A stretch of 56,119 nt of DNA, the filler included, from Sluysia triapertura (taxonomy: Eukaryota): NCBI GenBank assembly GCA_046118255.1. It is 4 parts of 4 records of this genome, joined end to end, with 100 filler letters (N's around TTAATTAATTAA, not from the genome) between each part and the next. Parts side by side here need not be neighbours in the genome. Positions count along the whole stretch, not along the records: positions 12,749 to 27,478 come from JBJNIA010250309.1; 3 more parts are not named here. One strand, given 5' to 3'. The notes under the pieces are model-generated. The model was not told where the DNA came from and ran no database searches. It saw only the letters and a program-made list of their open reading frames with translations. Positions 12,814 through 26,483 of this stretch are shown here, piece by piece (the stretch's first letter is position 1; the number at the start of each line of letters is the position of its first letter). A program made the position numbers and the translations under genes.

Positions 12814-13680
12814 TAATAATAAATGGAAAATAATTATACAAGTTAAAACATTAATTTTGTAAATATTGTACATTAATTTTCCACTTGTAAATGAAAATAA
12901 AAACATTTATAATAAATTTTTATTTAATTTTTATTGTATGATTAATTATCAATTTTTTTGTTACTTGAAATTTTAAAAAAGAATTTAGTCAAATAAAAAG
13001 ATTAAAGGGTATTTCGTTTTCGTTTTTTGTTTCTGTGTTTTTTAGTGTTTCTATTTCTATGTGAATTAAATTTTAATGACTTTAGAAATTGTCTTCTTAT
13101 AAGGAAAAAGGAAATACAACAAAACTAAAAGTAAGAAAAAAAAGAAAGAAAGAAATAGTCTCCAGCATAATTAGGGGAAAAAAACGCTTTAAATTGGACG
13201 ATAATTTTTATATATTTATTTATGTAGTTTTATCTAAAAAACAATCTAAACTAAAATTAGAAGTGTAAAAAATATTATAATCAATTAAAGAAGTGAAATT
13301 AAAGATGAAATAGAAGAAAAAGTAAAATATAAGTTTACTTTTTTTTCAATAAACATTTTTTTATTGTGTTTCATAATTATCAATTTCTTTGTGTAAAAGT
13401 GAAAGATAAACAAAGAAATAAAGTAGGACGTGGACGGATTAGAGATTGATAAATTAGTATATTTTAAGTAGTAATTATTATAATTATAATTATCATTCTT
13501 GTGATCACATAGTCCAACAATATCAAACATAATAATAATATTATTATTAGTATTAAGATGGGTCAAATAACAACCAATGTCATGATACAATGATTAACCA
13601 CTTAACAATCGGTATTTTTTGACAAAGGGGATATTTATTTTTGTTGGACTACATAAATTTACTCAATAAGTAGTTTTAGT

Positions 13681-13781
13681 ATGATATATTTTGAAACATT
13701 CAATATGCAATCCTACATCGCATTCGTCAGTGTACAGGAAAATGTCACGCCTGAGGGAAGTTTGGGCAAAACAGTCAATTG
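13681..13781 (+). CDS. candidate 5' coding exon, possibly of the cyclin G gene
   Basis: MIYFETFNMQSYIAFVSVQENVTPEGSLGKTVN(W) followed by GTTAGT donor; loosely resembles the start of a cyclin box; no linking exon found. Confidence 0.22.
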
Positions 13782-16058
13782 GTTAGTTGTACCAATTATA
13801 TTATAATTTTTCTTTCCAAACTTTTGATTGGTAGAAATTTGATACATCGTCACATTGATTTAACACTAAAGTTATTTTAGATAATTCATATAATCGATCT
13901 TTCCATTGAATATGTATAAAAATAATATAAAATAATAACAATAATAATAATAATAAACTTAATTTTTATTTTATTAAATTTTTTCCGACAATTTTATTAA
14001 AAACAAATTTTACGTTTGTTGGTGTTTTCTTTTAGAAGTATTGCACGATTTGTTATAATTGTTATAATTGAATCCCTTACGATATTAGGCTTACTCACTT
14101 AAGGGCTAATACGTAAGTGGTGTATAAAATAGCCATTTGGATGTTTGTGTAAAAGAATGTCACTAATCTAGCAGTGATGTCACGATTTAATTTTTGTCCT
14201 CTTGCAGTAACAATTTATAACTATATAATTTGCATCAGATCTCCGAAGAGTAATCTGTAAATTTTGAAGAATAATTTATACGAATTAACGAAATATATAT
14301 TATAACAAAATAAAAATTTTAAGTACAGTATTTAGGAATTTTAGATATAGAACTAACGATATAATAATAAATATTATACTAAACGTAATAATTTTTTCTT
14401 AATTTATTTTTAAATGTATTTTTCTTCAACGCTTTAAACGGTTGAAGTGAAAAAATATAATGAATATTTTAAGTTGAGTGACTAACGTGGATTTTAAACA
14501 TATAAATGGAATTAAACATAAAAATTTGTGTCTGGAAACTTGTCCAAGAGAATAAATGGAATTATAGCAGTTAGAATATCGTTAGCGATAAATTTAAACG
14601 TATATGTTAATAATGTGAAAGTGTGAATGCTGCACTCTTTCATATTGTTTATTTTACAACCTTTATTCATTAAAACAAAATTTAATTTATTTAATTTTAA
14701 ATATCTATTTTAATTTTAAAAATGTTAGTCAATTTTATTTTCTATGTAAAATTTACAAAATAGAATATTAAAAATAAAAATAAAATTACTTACATTAAAT
14801 AGATGATTTATAAAAACATCAACATTATCCAAATAAATTATTGATTTAAAAATTCATTACATTAAAATATACATATAATTATAAGTCACAAATGTAAATG
14901 TGTATAAAAATGACGTGTATAAATAGCACAATGTGTGTATAATTGACAGTATATAAGTGAGTTCACGAACGTATCTAGACTTATCTTAATTAAACGATAG
15001 CTATCAAAATTAGTAAAAAGATTTTTCCTAGATTTTACAAAAGCAATTTTAAAATATTGCGCAACTTATGTAAAATAAAATTAACGATACGAAGATAAAA
15101 ATTCCAAAAATCTCATTTGAATACAGTTATATTTGTCAGAACCTTGTCAGAACTTTTATAATATAATTTGAACGTATAAGTTTAAATATTTTTAAGTGTG
15201 TAAATATTATGTGAATCAGTTTTGTTCGACAGATTCTGTGGTAAAGAATCCTCTATTCATAATGCAAATTTTTTCTTTTAATTAATCTTTTTTTAATCGT
15301 TAATTATGCTTAATACGTTATTATTTTTTATTGAGTCTTTTCTTTATTTATTCCGTAAATGCAATTATTGTAATCCCTCTTAATTTTCTAACAAAACATT
15401 AAAGCTATTCTTTCTTTTAAATAATGTAATTATAACAACCAAATAACCGAAAGATTTAATACAAAAAATTAATAGTAATGTAACAAAACAATATCAATAT
15501 TTATAATAACACTAATTAAGATTTCTCTTAATTGACAAAAATTTAAAAGGTTAATCCAGGATTAATTCTTGGATTGAAAATATTTAATAATTTAAGTAGA
15601 AAGTTGATCCTGCATTAATTGTAGGATTATAAAACTTAACAATAAAAATATCTTACGATTTCATGGAACAGAGTAACAATAATTAATAGATTATGTCCTT
15701 TTGATAAATGACAACATCGAATTAGCACACAACCTTTTGTGTAATACCTTTGTATATCATCCATAAAATCATAGAAATTTGAAATAAAACATTTTTCATA
15801 TCAATAAAAATGGATCAAATATCAATAATGCTGTGATAATTATTTTTCAATGTAATAATTTTGAACTTAAATCAGTAAAGTTTTATTTAAATTTAAATCA
15901 ATTAATTGTTTTAAAACCAATTTATTTATTCGATTAAACCATTTATAATTATTCTAAAATTATTCAAAAATAATGAATATTGAACTATATAAATTATTTA
16001 CAAAAGATATTAAAAAGATATACGAGAATAATAAATGTTTTGAAAATGTTAAACTTTA

Positions 16059-16116
<58 letters not shown>

Positions 16117-19100
16117 TTGTTTGTATTTTATTTTATTCAAACGTTGTTTCAGTGTTACTTAATTTTATTTTTAATTAGAATTTATATAATTGAAAGTTAA
16201 TTTCGTGAATAAAAGGTTAAAATGTTTAAGAAAAATATATAAGGAAAATATATTCTCACCTGTATCATGTGATATTCATTGTGACCCTCCAAGAATAAGG
16301 ATTATCTTATTTAGTATTACCATTAAGAAATCCTGAAGCAGTGTCTTCTTTGTATTGACTTCAGGAGAACCCAGAAGAGGTTTAATAACTATATTTGCTA
16401 TGATGTATTATTAAAAAAGAAAAAACAGCAAAATGTAAGACGTTTAGTTTTTGTACAAAATATAGATATGCTACAAAGTGCACAAAATAACATTTTTTGG
16501 GTGTATATCACTACTTTTCGATTCAAAAGCTTAAAAATCTTGTACTCTGATCTCAAATAATGTCAAATTCAAACACCATGTTTGCAGAATTATTTTCTGG
16601 TTTTAAAGATCATCCAAATCTAGGTCTAAAGTTTTGAAACCACTCTTTAACTGTTTTAAGACTTATAAAATCTGAATATTTTTTTGGAGCCTGAGAATAT
16701 ACTCGTGCCGAGAATTATAACACTAAACGTACCTAATCATACGATCACTTGTCATCAGCTTTTTTAATAATGTAAATTTATTTATTTATATATATAATCA
16801 TATTATAAAAAACAATACAATTTCAGAGTATTTTTAAAGTAAAAACTAGAAACGGTCATTTGACCGGTCGTGACACGTTTAGTACATTCGTGGTGAGCAG
16901 TTACACATTTAAAAGCACTGTTCGAGCACTTTAAAACTTTGAAAGTTTTTAATATTTATTTTTAAACAATATTATGTTAAGTGTGAACTATTCCATTTTT
17001 AAATTTGACTGTCTTTCAAACTTAACATTATAAAATCTAATTTAAACATAATTAAATTTAATATTCATGAAACTCTTCTACCACATCATGTGTACTTATT
17101 ATAATGTCCATTACATTAAAAATCTGCACTAAAATTCAATGGATACACACGTTTCAGTGAAAACTGTCAATCTAATTTTTATTATATTTCATTTACTGTT
17201 ATTTATTAGTAAAACATAAAGTTTAAATTATAAATTAAAATTTCCAAAATGTACACAAAATGTACATGTAATAAATTATTGAAAAATCTAGTAACAATTT
17301 TACTTTAAAATACACAATATAACACTACTTTTATAGAATAAACTGTGTCAGAATTATTTTTTAAAATTTACTTCATTGTTTCATAAATGCAAAATGATTA
17401 ATTGAATTATATTTTTCTTTTTTTTTGTTAAATCAATCATTTGAATTTAAAACAAAATTTCGAAAATTTGACTAAAATACTATCAACAAAAAAATTCAAA
17501 TAGAATTTAAACTAACATAAAATATTTACAATCAAAATAATAATAAATGTAATTGTTTATTTAAATTATATTTAATAATAGCAATAAAATTTATGCTGGA
17601 AATGATTTTTAAATGTAGTTTAAAAACCATTAATTTTTTAAAAAATTAGATTATATTCATCCTTGTCCGAATTTGTACCTGTAATTTGGTTATTATAATA
17701 ATCATCATCTTTATCGTCTTTTTTGTCATAATCAGCTTCATCATCATCATCATCTACATTATTAATACTTCATCACATAAATACTTCAAGTAATATTAAG
17801 TGATGAAATATTAATAGAAATTAAATTGGTTTAATAATTGAATTTCATTGAATTTTAAATTCAACTATCTAGTAAATTCAGTACAATTTTAAAATATAGA
17901 TTTCCCTCACCATCACTGCGACCACTTATCTTTCTTATTATTTCTATTGAACCCTGCCAGTTTATAATAGCACACTAACTGGATCCGCCCATCTCCAACA
18001 ATGCATCAGTCTTTTATTCACTTTTATTTTTATATTTTTGACCGCTCTCATCACTATCTTTAGCCCGTTCAATAGAACACTATCCATAATTGGTTATACC
18101 CAAATGAGATTTGCATAATTTAAATTATGTTAGTATTTTTTTTAATGTATATATATTTGAATGAGCATTAGTTGGTGTTTTTAACTGCATCGAAAATAAA
18201 AATTCAATTTTCAATTTTACTTCTCAAAAAAAGTATATTACTAACTCGTTACAGTTAGTAAGTAAATGGGGATTTCTTTTTCTTTTTTCAATTTTTAATA
18301 TCAATTTATTAATATCGCCGATTTTAATATTAATTTGAAGCAACAATTTTTTTTGTAATTCTCTTTCATTTTTTTGTACCATTCAATCAAGTGTTATAAT
18401 TTGGATAATTAAGTTTTTCTCCTACTTCTACACTTCTACGTTTGTTTTTTTCGTCATTTTATCAACTTTGTGTTTGACCGGTACTATATCTAATTCTCAG
18501 AAATTGTGTTTATGATTGGAAAAGTCATTTAGTGAAATGCATTTTCTAGACATTTTAATATTTCTATATAGTACACTTATGTAAAGTCGTTTTAAGATGA
18601 TTTTAGAACAATTCAGTATTTTTAATTATTTTTTAATTTTTTTATGATTAAATATAAATTTTATTTATTCTTTAATTAAATTTTTAAATAATTAATTAAA
18701 CACAAAAAAATTATTTATATTTATTTGAAATAACTAATTAATTTTTGTTTTTTTTTATCTTATTCAAACAAAAGAATGCAAAAGAATATATTTGTCATTT
18801 ATACAGATTTTTAATTACGTTATAATCTTTTTTATTTTTGTTTTTTTTATTTTTTATGCATTAGAGATTTTATATATAAATATTTTTAAATTTATGAAAT
18901 AGTTAAAGTTTAAGCATATTTAGTTAGATTATTACAAAGTTAAGGTTGTCGTTGAAATCACTACTTTTAATTCATTTTTAAATTGAATTAATCATAAACT
19001 ATTTGTTTATGGCACAACTATCGCTTATCAATTATATCTTATTAATGATTTGTATTAGAATTAATAATAACAAAGTTTTGTCGACGTTTGGTTATACTGT

Positions 19101-19224
19101 AATAGAATTACAATGACAGTTCATTAAACTCAATTAATATCGATGACTTTTTCAATTAAGATTTCATATTAATTCGATTTTCAATAAAGGTAAAAGTATT
19201 TTAAAATAATTTATCTAACAACAT

Positions 19225-19605
19225 AGATTTTAACAATGGTTTATTGTACTCAATTTCATATAGAAAAGTGAAAAAATTACAATTAATAATTAATCAAGCA
19301 GCAAGACTAATTCTCCAAGTGGGAAGAAGATCTCATGTAACACCTTATCTTAAAGAATTATATTGGTTGCCAATAAAAGTAAGAATAGAATTCAAAATCA
19401 TGACAATAATTTACAAATGCTCTTACATTACAGAAGTCCTGAATATCTCTTAGTAATAATAAAAAACATAATAATCTATGCAGAATCCACAGTGATAATA
19501 AGCTAGGTTATAGGTTGTATATCGTTTATGTTTCAAAAATATACATCCAATTATTTATTTCAAGCGCTTTTGAGTACTTACCTTGCAGTAGATATAAATT
19601 AATAT
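19225..19605 (+). mobile_element. L2/CR1-clade LINE ORF2 C-terminus and 3' end relic (copy 2)
   Basis: ORF 19244-19453 LQLIINQAARLILQVGRRSHVTPYLKELYWLPIKVRIEFKIMTIIYK matches the conserved LQ.IQN.AAR...HITP.L..LHWLPI..RI.FK motif. Confidence 0.85.
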
Positions 19606-20014
19606 ATAAACATTATTTCGGATCAAGGTTATTTCTTAGAATATTTTTCTATCAATTAAAGAAATCAAATTATTTTATAATTAATCTTGACAATTGAGAG
19701 TTCTCTCAACTTGTGTGTAAATTTTAATAATTAATTTTGATTGAAATCTTGAGCCTTCAGGTGAATTGAACAATTGATATTATTAAAATAGCTCTCGCAT
19801 TATTTCTGACAATGAATAGATCAATATTTAGGAGTCGTGAGCCGAATTTTCAATTGCTTTCAAGAGAAATGTGTTGATCTTATGTTTGTCCTAAGATTAA
19901 ATAAGCATTACGAGAAAATTGATTTTTTTACAAACATCTTTCAAAATATACTCATTAACGGCCAACTTTTTCTCTTAATAACTGTAACTTCTAAATAAAA
20001 TAAAACAGTGATAT

Positions 20015-20223
20015 TACAACACTGTGCGCCTAAGAAATGTAACCACGAATAAACTTGTGGAACTTGCAAACCTTTTATGGCCACAAACATAAAACTATGT
20101 AAGTGTAAAAACATGAAGAAAGAGCTGCAAATAAATTGATATTTTAATTATTTAAATTAAACACAAATGGCAAAGTGAATAACTCTTCATACAATTTAGG
20201 CTTGGCAGTGGTGAATGGGTTAA
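20015..20223 (+). mobile_element. piggyBac-like right end
   Basis: Cys-rich remnant HCAPKKC...TCGTCKPF, then terminus GGCAGTGGTGAATGGG|TTAA (CCC-type TIR plus TTAA target); left end not found. Confidence 0.45.
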
Positions 20224-20271
20224 ATAAATATTTTCAAAAAGTAAAAAATAAAAAATGATGTTTTGTTTCAG

Positions 20272-23259
20272 AAATTCCTTGAATCATCATATTTGAATAA
20301 TTTGATGAAGTTCGGTGCTACAGCTAACGACTTGAACCGTCTTCGACAGATAGTTATAAGCAAACTGCATGGGTTGATGCCTCGAGTTACTTTGTACGAT
20401 TTTTTACAAGCTCAATATCCAAATTTGAAAGTCTACTGTAATACTACTAATGAATGTAATTTTGATAATAATAATTATTATGATGATAACGATGATGACG
20501 ATGATGATGACGGTGATTCAAGTGACATGGATCACATAAAAGAGGATCATTGTATTAGCTGTAATGAAGGGACACATTATGCTAGTGGTGGTAGTAAATG
20601 TAGAAAAGGAAATAATCGTTATGGTGACGATTCTGATGAGAGTTATGAAACTAATAATCAGAGGTCAAACAATATACATATGGTTAGTATAATAATATCA
20701 TATATAACAGACAAAAAAACTGTATGAATCAGTGCTAAACTAAATAATTGTTTTCAAACTATTTCGCGTCTAACGAGTTAAATATGTCTCATTAAATTTT
20801 CAAAAAATACTGAAATGTTAAGTACCGTGTTTCTCCGAAAATAAGACCTATCCTTAGGAAAAGTCAATAAAAGGCTTAATTCTTTAGCATATACTTCTAT
20901 AATTATCTTTAAATTACAATACATTGTGGGACAGTTTCATTGTCAAACATTCTGATTCACTTTCAGACTGACCTCCAAGTAAGACTTTATTAGCAATTAT
21001 TCAATCTCATGTGTACTTTGCCGCACAATATCCATGAAAATCAATTAAATTAAGAATGTTCACGTTTAAATTTTAAATCAAATTCATAAATAATCAACTA
21101 AAGATTGCAAAAAATAAGACATGCATAATAGACAAATACGATATATAATTAGACTATCTGTTAGAAATTATTTTATCATAATATCTCTACTTTGTTACTT
21201 TGTTTTCGATAGATGGAAATAGGACAACGTCCAAAAATAAGCCCTAAAATAAATATTTCACTCCTCAACCAAAGGTTTATTTTAGGTATATGATGTTTTA
21301 TGAGGATTTATTGGGGTAAAAATTAAAATTAACGCTTATTAAGCGTATCCGCATTGTTATTTAAGCAATATTTTTACGAATTTTAAAAATTTAACTTGAT
21401 ACAAAAAAACCAGTGTACATTCGTTTAGTAAAGATATAGGAATGTAACGAGGGTACCATGTTCAAAATGTTCGGATTTTGAAATTCTAGTAAATTGTATA
21501 AATAAATAAATTAATTAAATTAATTTGATCATTCAAAAAAGATCACTCAAATTAATGTAAATGTATTAAATTAATGTATTTCGAATGTCAATCGATCTTT
21601 ACGAGGTCTACATAAATGTTATATAATTTAATGTTCACGTTTCAGGAAGAAGTTAGTTTTAGTTAAAATAAAAGATTTGCAAAATCAAACAAGTGTATTT
21701 TGTAACTGTATTTACATAATTACAGATACTTACTGAAAATTAGATAATAAATGAATTTAATATACATTTAAATAAAGAAACATATTGTCTTAACTGAATA
21801 ACAGTGATTTTATACGCTTTTAAGTATTGACTGCTTAACCAAATTTTATTAATATTTAATTTTGCAGGTATATTTAGTGTTATAACTAAATATTATATTT
21901 ATTCATCTGTTGTGCTGGCTTCTTCTCCTTCCAGTTCATCAATGACTAACTAATTTGTTGGATACTCGGCTGCCTCTAGAGTGCCTTTAACAATATTACG
22001 AAGGTTGGAATTTTGACGGCTTTGAAACTTCTGCTTAGCTATTTCTCTTTGCAACGCATGTGCGTGCATAAGACAGTTTTCTGTAAAACAAGGATTATTC
22101 TCTATGAATTTGAGCAGTCTCCATTGACTTATCTGCATCCTCAAATGATATCTGTTCACAATTTTCATTTTGAACATTTGAACAAGAATCATCTTATTTA
22201 TTTTCGGAATCATTACTTCCCTGACTCTGTAGTTTCTGCTTCAATTCTTTCATCATAATTTATCCATGCTTCAATATCATTTCCATCAAGCGGATTCATA
22301 AATGAGCTATTTTTTGTGAGCTGGCTAATGTTAGTGATTTGCTGAGCTATTGAGTTAACTTCATCATTTTTCTGAAAGTGTGACATGAGTACAATGTATT
22401 CCGTTCGTGTTTTAATGTGTTAACTAAAATACTCTGTCAAACAAAATCTGTAAAGTAAAAAAGAAATAAGCACATAATCAATAAAAAGAAGTGGTCAATC
22501 ATATTTAAACAAAACATACAATAATCCGATCTCCTAAAATTATAGTAAAATACAAGCTACAAGTATGTCCCAGTTTTAGGAAGTTGTTCCCGTGTCAGAA
22601 TTTCCATTTTTAGAAAGTCCCAGTTTTGGGAGTTCTAGTGTATTAATTTCCGAATTCATTTTATTACTAGAAACTTACTCGAGCATAGGTTTAATAGAAG
22701 CTTCTACTAAATGCAAAGAAGAACCTAGAAATATTGACTTTATCTTGAAAGGTGGAATTTGATATTTGAAAAAGTACACATTCTAAATTTGTACTTTTTG
22801 TTGTTATTTTAAAATAATTTGATTATATATAAATAGAATTATTTTGTTTGTTCTATTATTACAGATTCGAATAATAGAATCTGCTCTGAGTTCTTTCACA
22901 CTGTGCATGCATCGACCAAGTCATGTAGCACTCGCCTGTTTAGCTTATTACTGTGAGAAATGCCTTTATTGGACCGAATCTGAATCTCGAGGATTGTTTT
23001 TTCATAAAGTGAGTCTACTGATATTATGAAAGCATAAAAGAAACTTATTTTTTTAATATTTCAGATTGACAATGATCTAGTCCGTTATTTGACAGAACAG
23101 ATAGCCAAAAAAGATCGAGATGACACGATTGCTAAATCTGGATCAAATTCGAAAAAATTAGTTTGGATTTTAAGTCGTAAAACAATTAGTAAATTGAGTT
23201 ATTCTAGTCCGCCGCATTTGAAATCAATTGAAGAAGTAGAGGAATACGAAGAATTGTGA
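20272..23259 (+). CDS. CCNG: cyclin G-family protein, last three exons (20272-20682, 22865-23008, 23065-23259); 5' exons not located
   Basis: Phase-0 GT-AG joins; ATANDLNRLRQIVISKL...VTLYDFLQ ~ cyclin G T.SDL.RME.I...K.....T...FLQ; RPSHVALACL ~ KPSVLAL; C-terminal KKLVWILSRKTISKLSYSSPPHLKSIEE ~ KLVWIVSRRTAQ.L..S....LPTIPE. Confidence 0.8.
20823..21300. mobile_element. pogo/Tigger-like non-autonomous fragment in cyclin intron
   Basis: TA-CCGTGTTTCTCCGAAAATAAGAC terminus with internal AAAATAAGAC/AAAATAAGCC repeats; right end unclear. Confidence 0.45.
21940..22400 (-). mobile_element. pogo/Tigger-like transposase C-terminal relic
   Basis: DGNDIEAWINYDE and LLKFIENN...LQREIAKQKFQSRQ resemble Tigger/jerky C-termini; frameshifted. 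Confidence 0.4.
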
Positions 23260-24125
23260 AAAATTCATGTTTGTATTGTTAATTTTCAGTGCTAAATAAC
23301 GATGATGATGATGATGATGATGATGATGATAAAATGGTGATAAAAACGTTTGAGAAAGTTGAACAAAAGAAAAACGAGAAATTCAAAATTTTCGAACATA
23401 GTCCGATAAAGACGACGACATGATTATGTGTTGTAAAGTCGAAAATCGATTATTAGCAAAGTCTTACTTTTGATAAGCCATTTAAGAATGTTGATGTTTT
23501 GATAGTCGCCACTAAATTAATCTTACAATCATAAAATACGGAGAGAAAATATTTCAATTGTCGAATCGTAAAAACATTAATTATATGTCTAATGCCAATC
23601 GCAATTAATAATGGTGATAAGTGTGGCGCTGAAATATGCCATTTCAATTAAAAGAAAATGATAAACATTGATATAATTAATTATCAATGTACTTTGTTAT
23701 TAGTCAAGGTCACTGCAGAAAGTACACATGACATAAAAGCCATTGTTTATTTGTTAATAGCGAAATTTGTTTATCATTTTTAGCGCATTAATTAAACTAA
23801 TTAAATTTAAATCTTTATGTTTCAACTTTATTCGAGGCGTTTTTTGTGTTTGACAAATGATTGCTACTGGTGAACGAATATATACACTTGACTTACTGCT
23901 TCAAATTGAATATTAAGTTTTTTCTGAACTTTGTATGTACTTTAAATCGATACTACCAAAAGATCCTTAAAATGTTGTTCTGAGAGGATATGAGATATGA
24001 TCAATAGCGATCATCATAGATAATTATACTAAATAGCGTTAGATCTGACGGCTGATCGGGCGGGCTTCAAACAAGAATTTCATTGGATTATCGTAGTAAA
24101 TCTATATGCATATCACTGTTAAATA

Positions 24126-24810
24126 CAGGATGTCCCAAAAGTAACCGAACCGCAAACATAAATAAAAATGAGATATCAAAAACGACAAATTTAATAGGTA
24201 TATTTAGTATTTACAAATGTTCAAAATGTCCACCTTGAACTTCAATTCAAGCCCGAAATTTTTTGACATACTCTGGCAAGTTTCCTCTGAAATTTGGTTC
24301 CATTCGTGCTGAACACTTTGTTTTCGTTGATCAATTGTCCTGGGCTTTTTAGCATAAACTGCATTCTTTAGAACTCCTAGAAAAAATCAGGCGGTGTCTG
24401 GCAATGGTTCATCAAGCCAGTGTCAACAAGTGCTCCTTGTTGAAAATGAAGATCACCGAAATGGGAGAACTCATTAATATTAGGAAACACTTTAGTCGTC
24501 AGCATGTCAAGATAATGTTCACATGCTTCAAATTTGGATACAAAATTGAACATTATTCTGAAGTTTGCTTATCTTTCTTCAACATGCTTATAGATAGTAA
24601 TTTTTAATAACGAAGATACATTCGTTTAAGAATGAGGGTCCAGAAGCTCACGCTGAACAATAATCAAGCAATGACGTCAAAACAAAATCAATAAGATCAC
24701 GCAACAAAAGTCATTCCAAAGACTACTATTCGCAGAAGGAAGATAACGTAAAAGATTAATTACATTTGATATCTAATTTTTATTTAAGTTTGCGGTTCTG
24801 GGACATCTTG
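24126..24810 (-). mobile_element. internally deleted Tc1/mariner (maT/DD37D-like) element
   Basis: TIRs CAGGATGTCCCA..AACCGCAAAC.TAAATAAAAAT.AGATATCAAA and its reverse complement; transposase tail PPDFFLG.LKNAVYAKKPRTI...GGHFEHL. Confidence 0.8.
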
Positions 24811-25300
24811 CATGAGAAGCAATAATTGTTGTTAATTTGATGTGTGATAATTCACGAAAATTTTCGATTATTATTCTTCATTAATCAAACGTTGCAAGCT
24901 TTGTAGATAATCCGAATAATTCTTTATCTTCTACATCATTTTTAATTTGTATCTGTAATTAAAAATATTCAAACATTTTTTAATTTTAGGTAACCATGGT
25001 TCAATTGGTTCTGGCTTTTGATTGGATGTATATTTTAGCCAATTAATTTAATTTTTTGGCAGCAGCTTTCATGTACATATATTGAAGCAACTATATAGAT
25101 TTTTCAATTTTAATATCCAGATATATTATTATCATTATATTATTATTATGTATAGTAAAGCCTGTTTCTTCAAATTGATTTTTGTTATTATTTGTTAATA
25201 TAAACTAGGGAGCCAATAGGAAAGAAAATCATTTTATTGGTTATTTAGTGTGATGTACAGGTGATGTTTTATAGTTTTTTTTAATTTTTCATATTTTACA

Positions 25301-25369
<69 letters not shown>

Positions 25370-25639
25370 TATCATATTTTATTATTTGCGATGTGACACA
25401 CACAGTAAGCAGTATTTTATTTTTCATGTTTATTTTTGTATCAAATTTAAATTATTTTGTGTACTTAGTTTTATTGATTAATATTTGGAATTTTTCAAGT
25501 TTGTATTTTTTTAATCAATAAATAATAATGTGGTAACTTTTTATGCTCATTGATTTTTATATTTAAGGAAGTATATGTAAGACAATGTTGTGTTGTGTAT
25601 TTCTTATTTATATTATTGTTATTTAATGTACTATTATAG

Positions 25640-25690
25640 TACCTGATGATCGGGAATTGAACCCACTGAGCTGTCATTGCAGTCCAATGA
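25640..25690 (-). other. isolated Pol III B-box / tRNA-SINE-like fragment
   Basis: Minus strand GGGTTCAATTCCCG (T-arm-like); no full cloverleaf. Confidence 0.3.
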
Positions 25691-26045
25691 TTTTGTTTTA
25701 TTACATTATCATTATTCTGTGGCACTTCAGGCATGTATCCAACAATAAGAGGCGATAAGTAAATAAAATAGAAGATCAGTTTTTCGTTATAGTAATTTAA
25801 TGTTATTTTTTATTTTATTTGCGATGCTGGAAATGAGAAATAATTTTTGAAACTTAGCGAACGATTAATGATATTGTAAAATTTAAATAGGTTAACTATT
25901 ATAGTATATTTTGTGTTGAAATGAACTCTTGGTCTCCGGTAATAATCTAAACTTATCTAATTTATTTAAAGGCACAATCTTTTGTTAATATAAGGTTTTT
26001 CTATTAATTTATTCTACAAGTAATATCTATACTTTATCTAGAACT

Positions 26046-26087
26046 GTGAATTCGAATACTCGTCTCAATTATTCGAGATAGAAGTGC
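26046..26087 (+). ncRNA. conserved ~40-nt two-hairpin motif, copy A (others: 35543-35584 -, 36188-36228 +, 37019-37059 -, 52535-52575 -)
   Basis: Consensus GARTnnnnnnACTCG-[stem-loop]-TRGRARTGC at fixed spacing; existence as an RNA is inferred, not shown. Confidence 0.45.
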
Positions 26088-26483
26088 TTTAAAAAGGTTG
26101 TACTGCTTTAAAGTTTGTTTTCTTAAATTCTCGTATGTAATCTAATTTAATGCTAATTTACAAAACTCAATTTGTTCGATTTTCTTTATAAACGTTTTAA
26201 TTCAACTTTAAACTCTATACTTTATAAGAAACTTTAAAACATTTTCTTCTTTAATTTCAACCTAATTCAATAATATTTATCGAGTTCTATCTCTCTCACC
26301 CTATTTTCAATCCACAGTATTTTGATAACAAATAATAGACTTTTATTTAGAATGTGACATGGGGTTATTCACTGTTGTCAATAATAAGTTTATGTAATAC
26401 ATTAAATGATTGATGATAGTATACATTTTATATCGTGAAAATTCTATTCATAATACAGTACATAATTAAATTGTAGATATATA

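Noticed and set aside
15205-15280. VLFDRFCG as the missing cyclin-box exon
   Set aside because: In-frame stop just upstream, no suitable splice sites, remainder does not fit
16852-16866. CGGTCATTTGACCG palindrome (also GAACCTATT-CTA-AATAGGTTC at ~49274)
   Set aside because: Isolated short palindromes typical of DNA-transposon subtermini; not enough to define an element
20633-20655. CTGATGAG..GAAAC hammerhead-like string
   Set aside because: No stem II or III; lies inside the cyclin exon (SDESYET)
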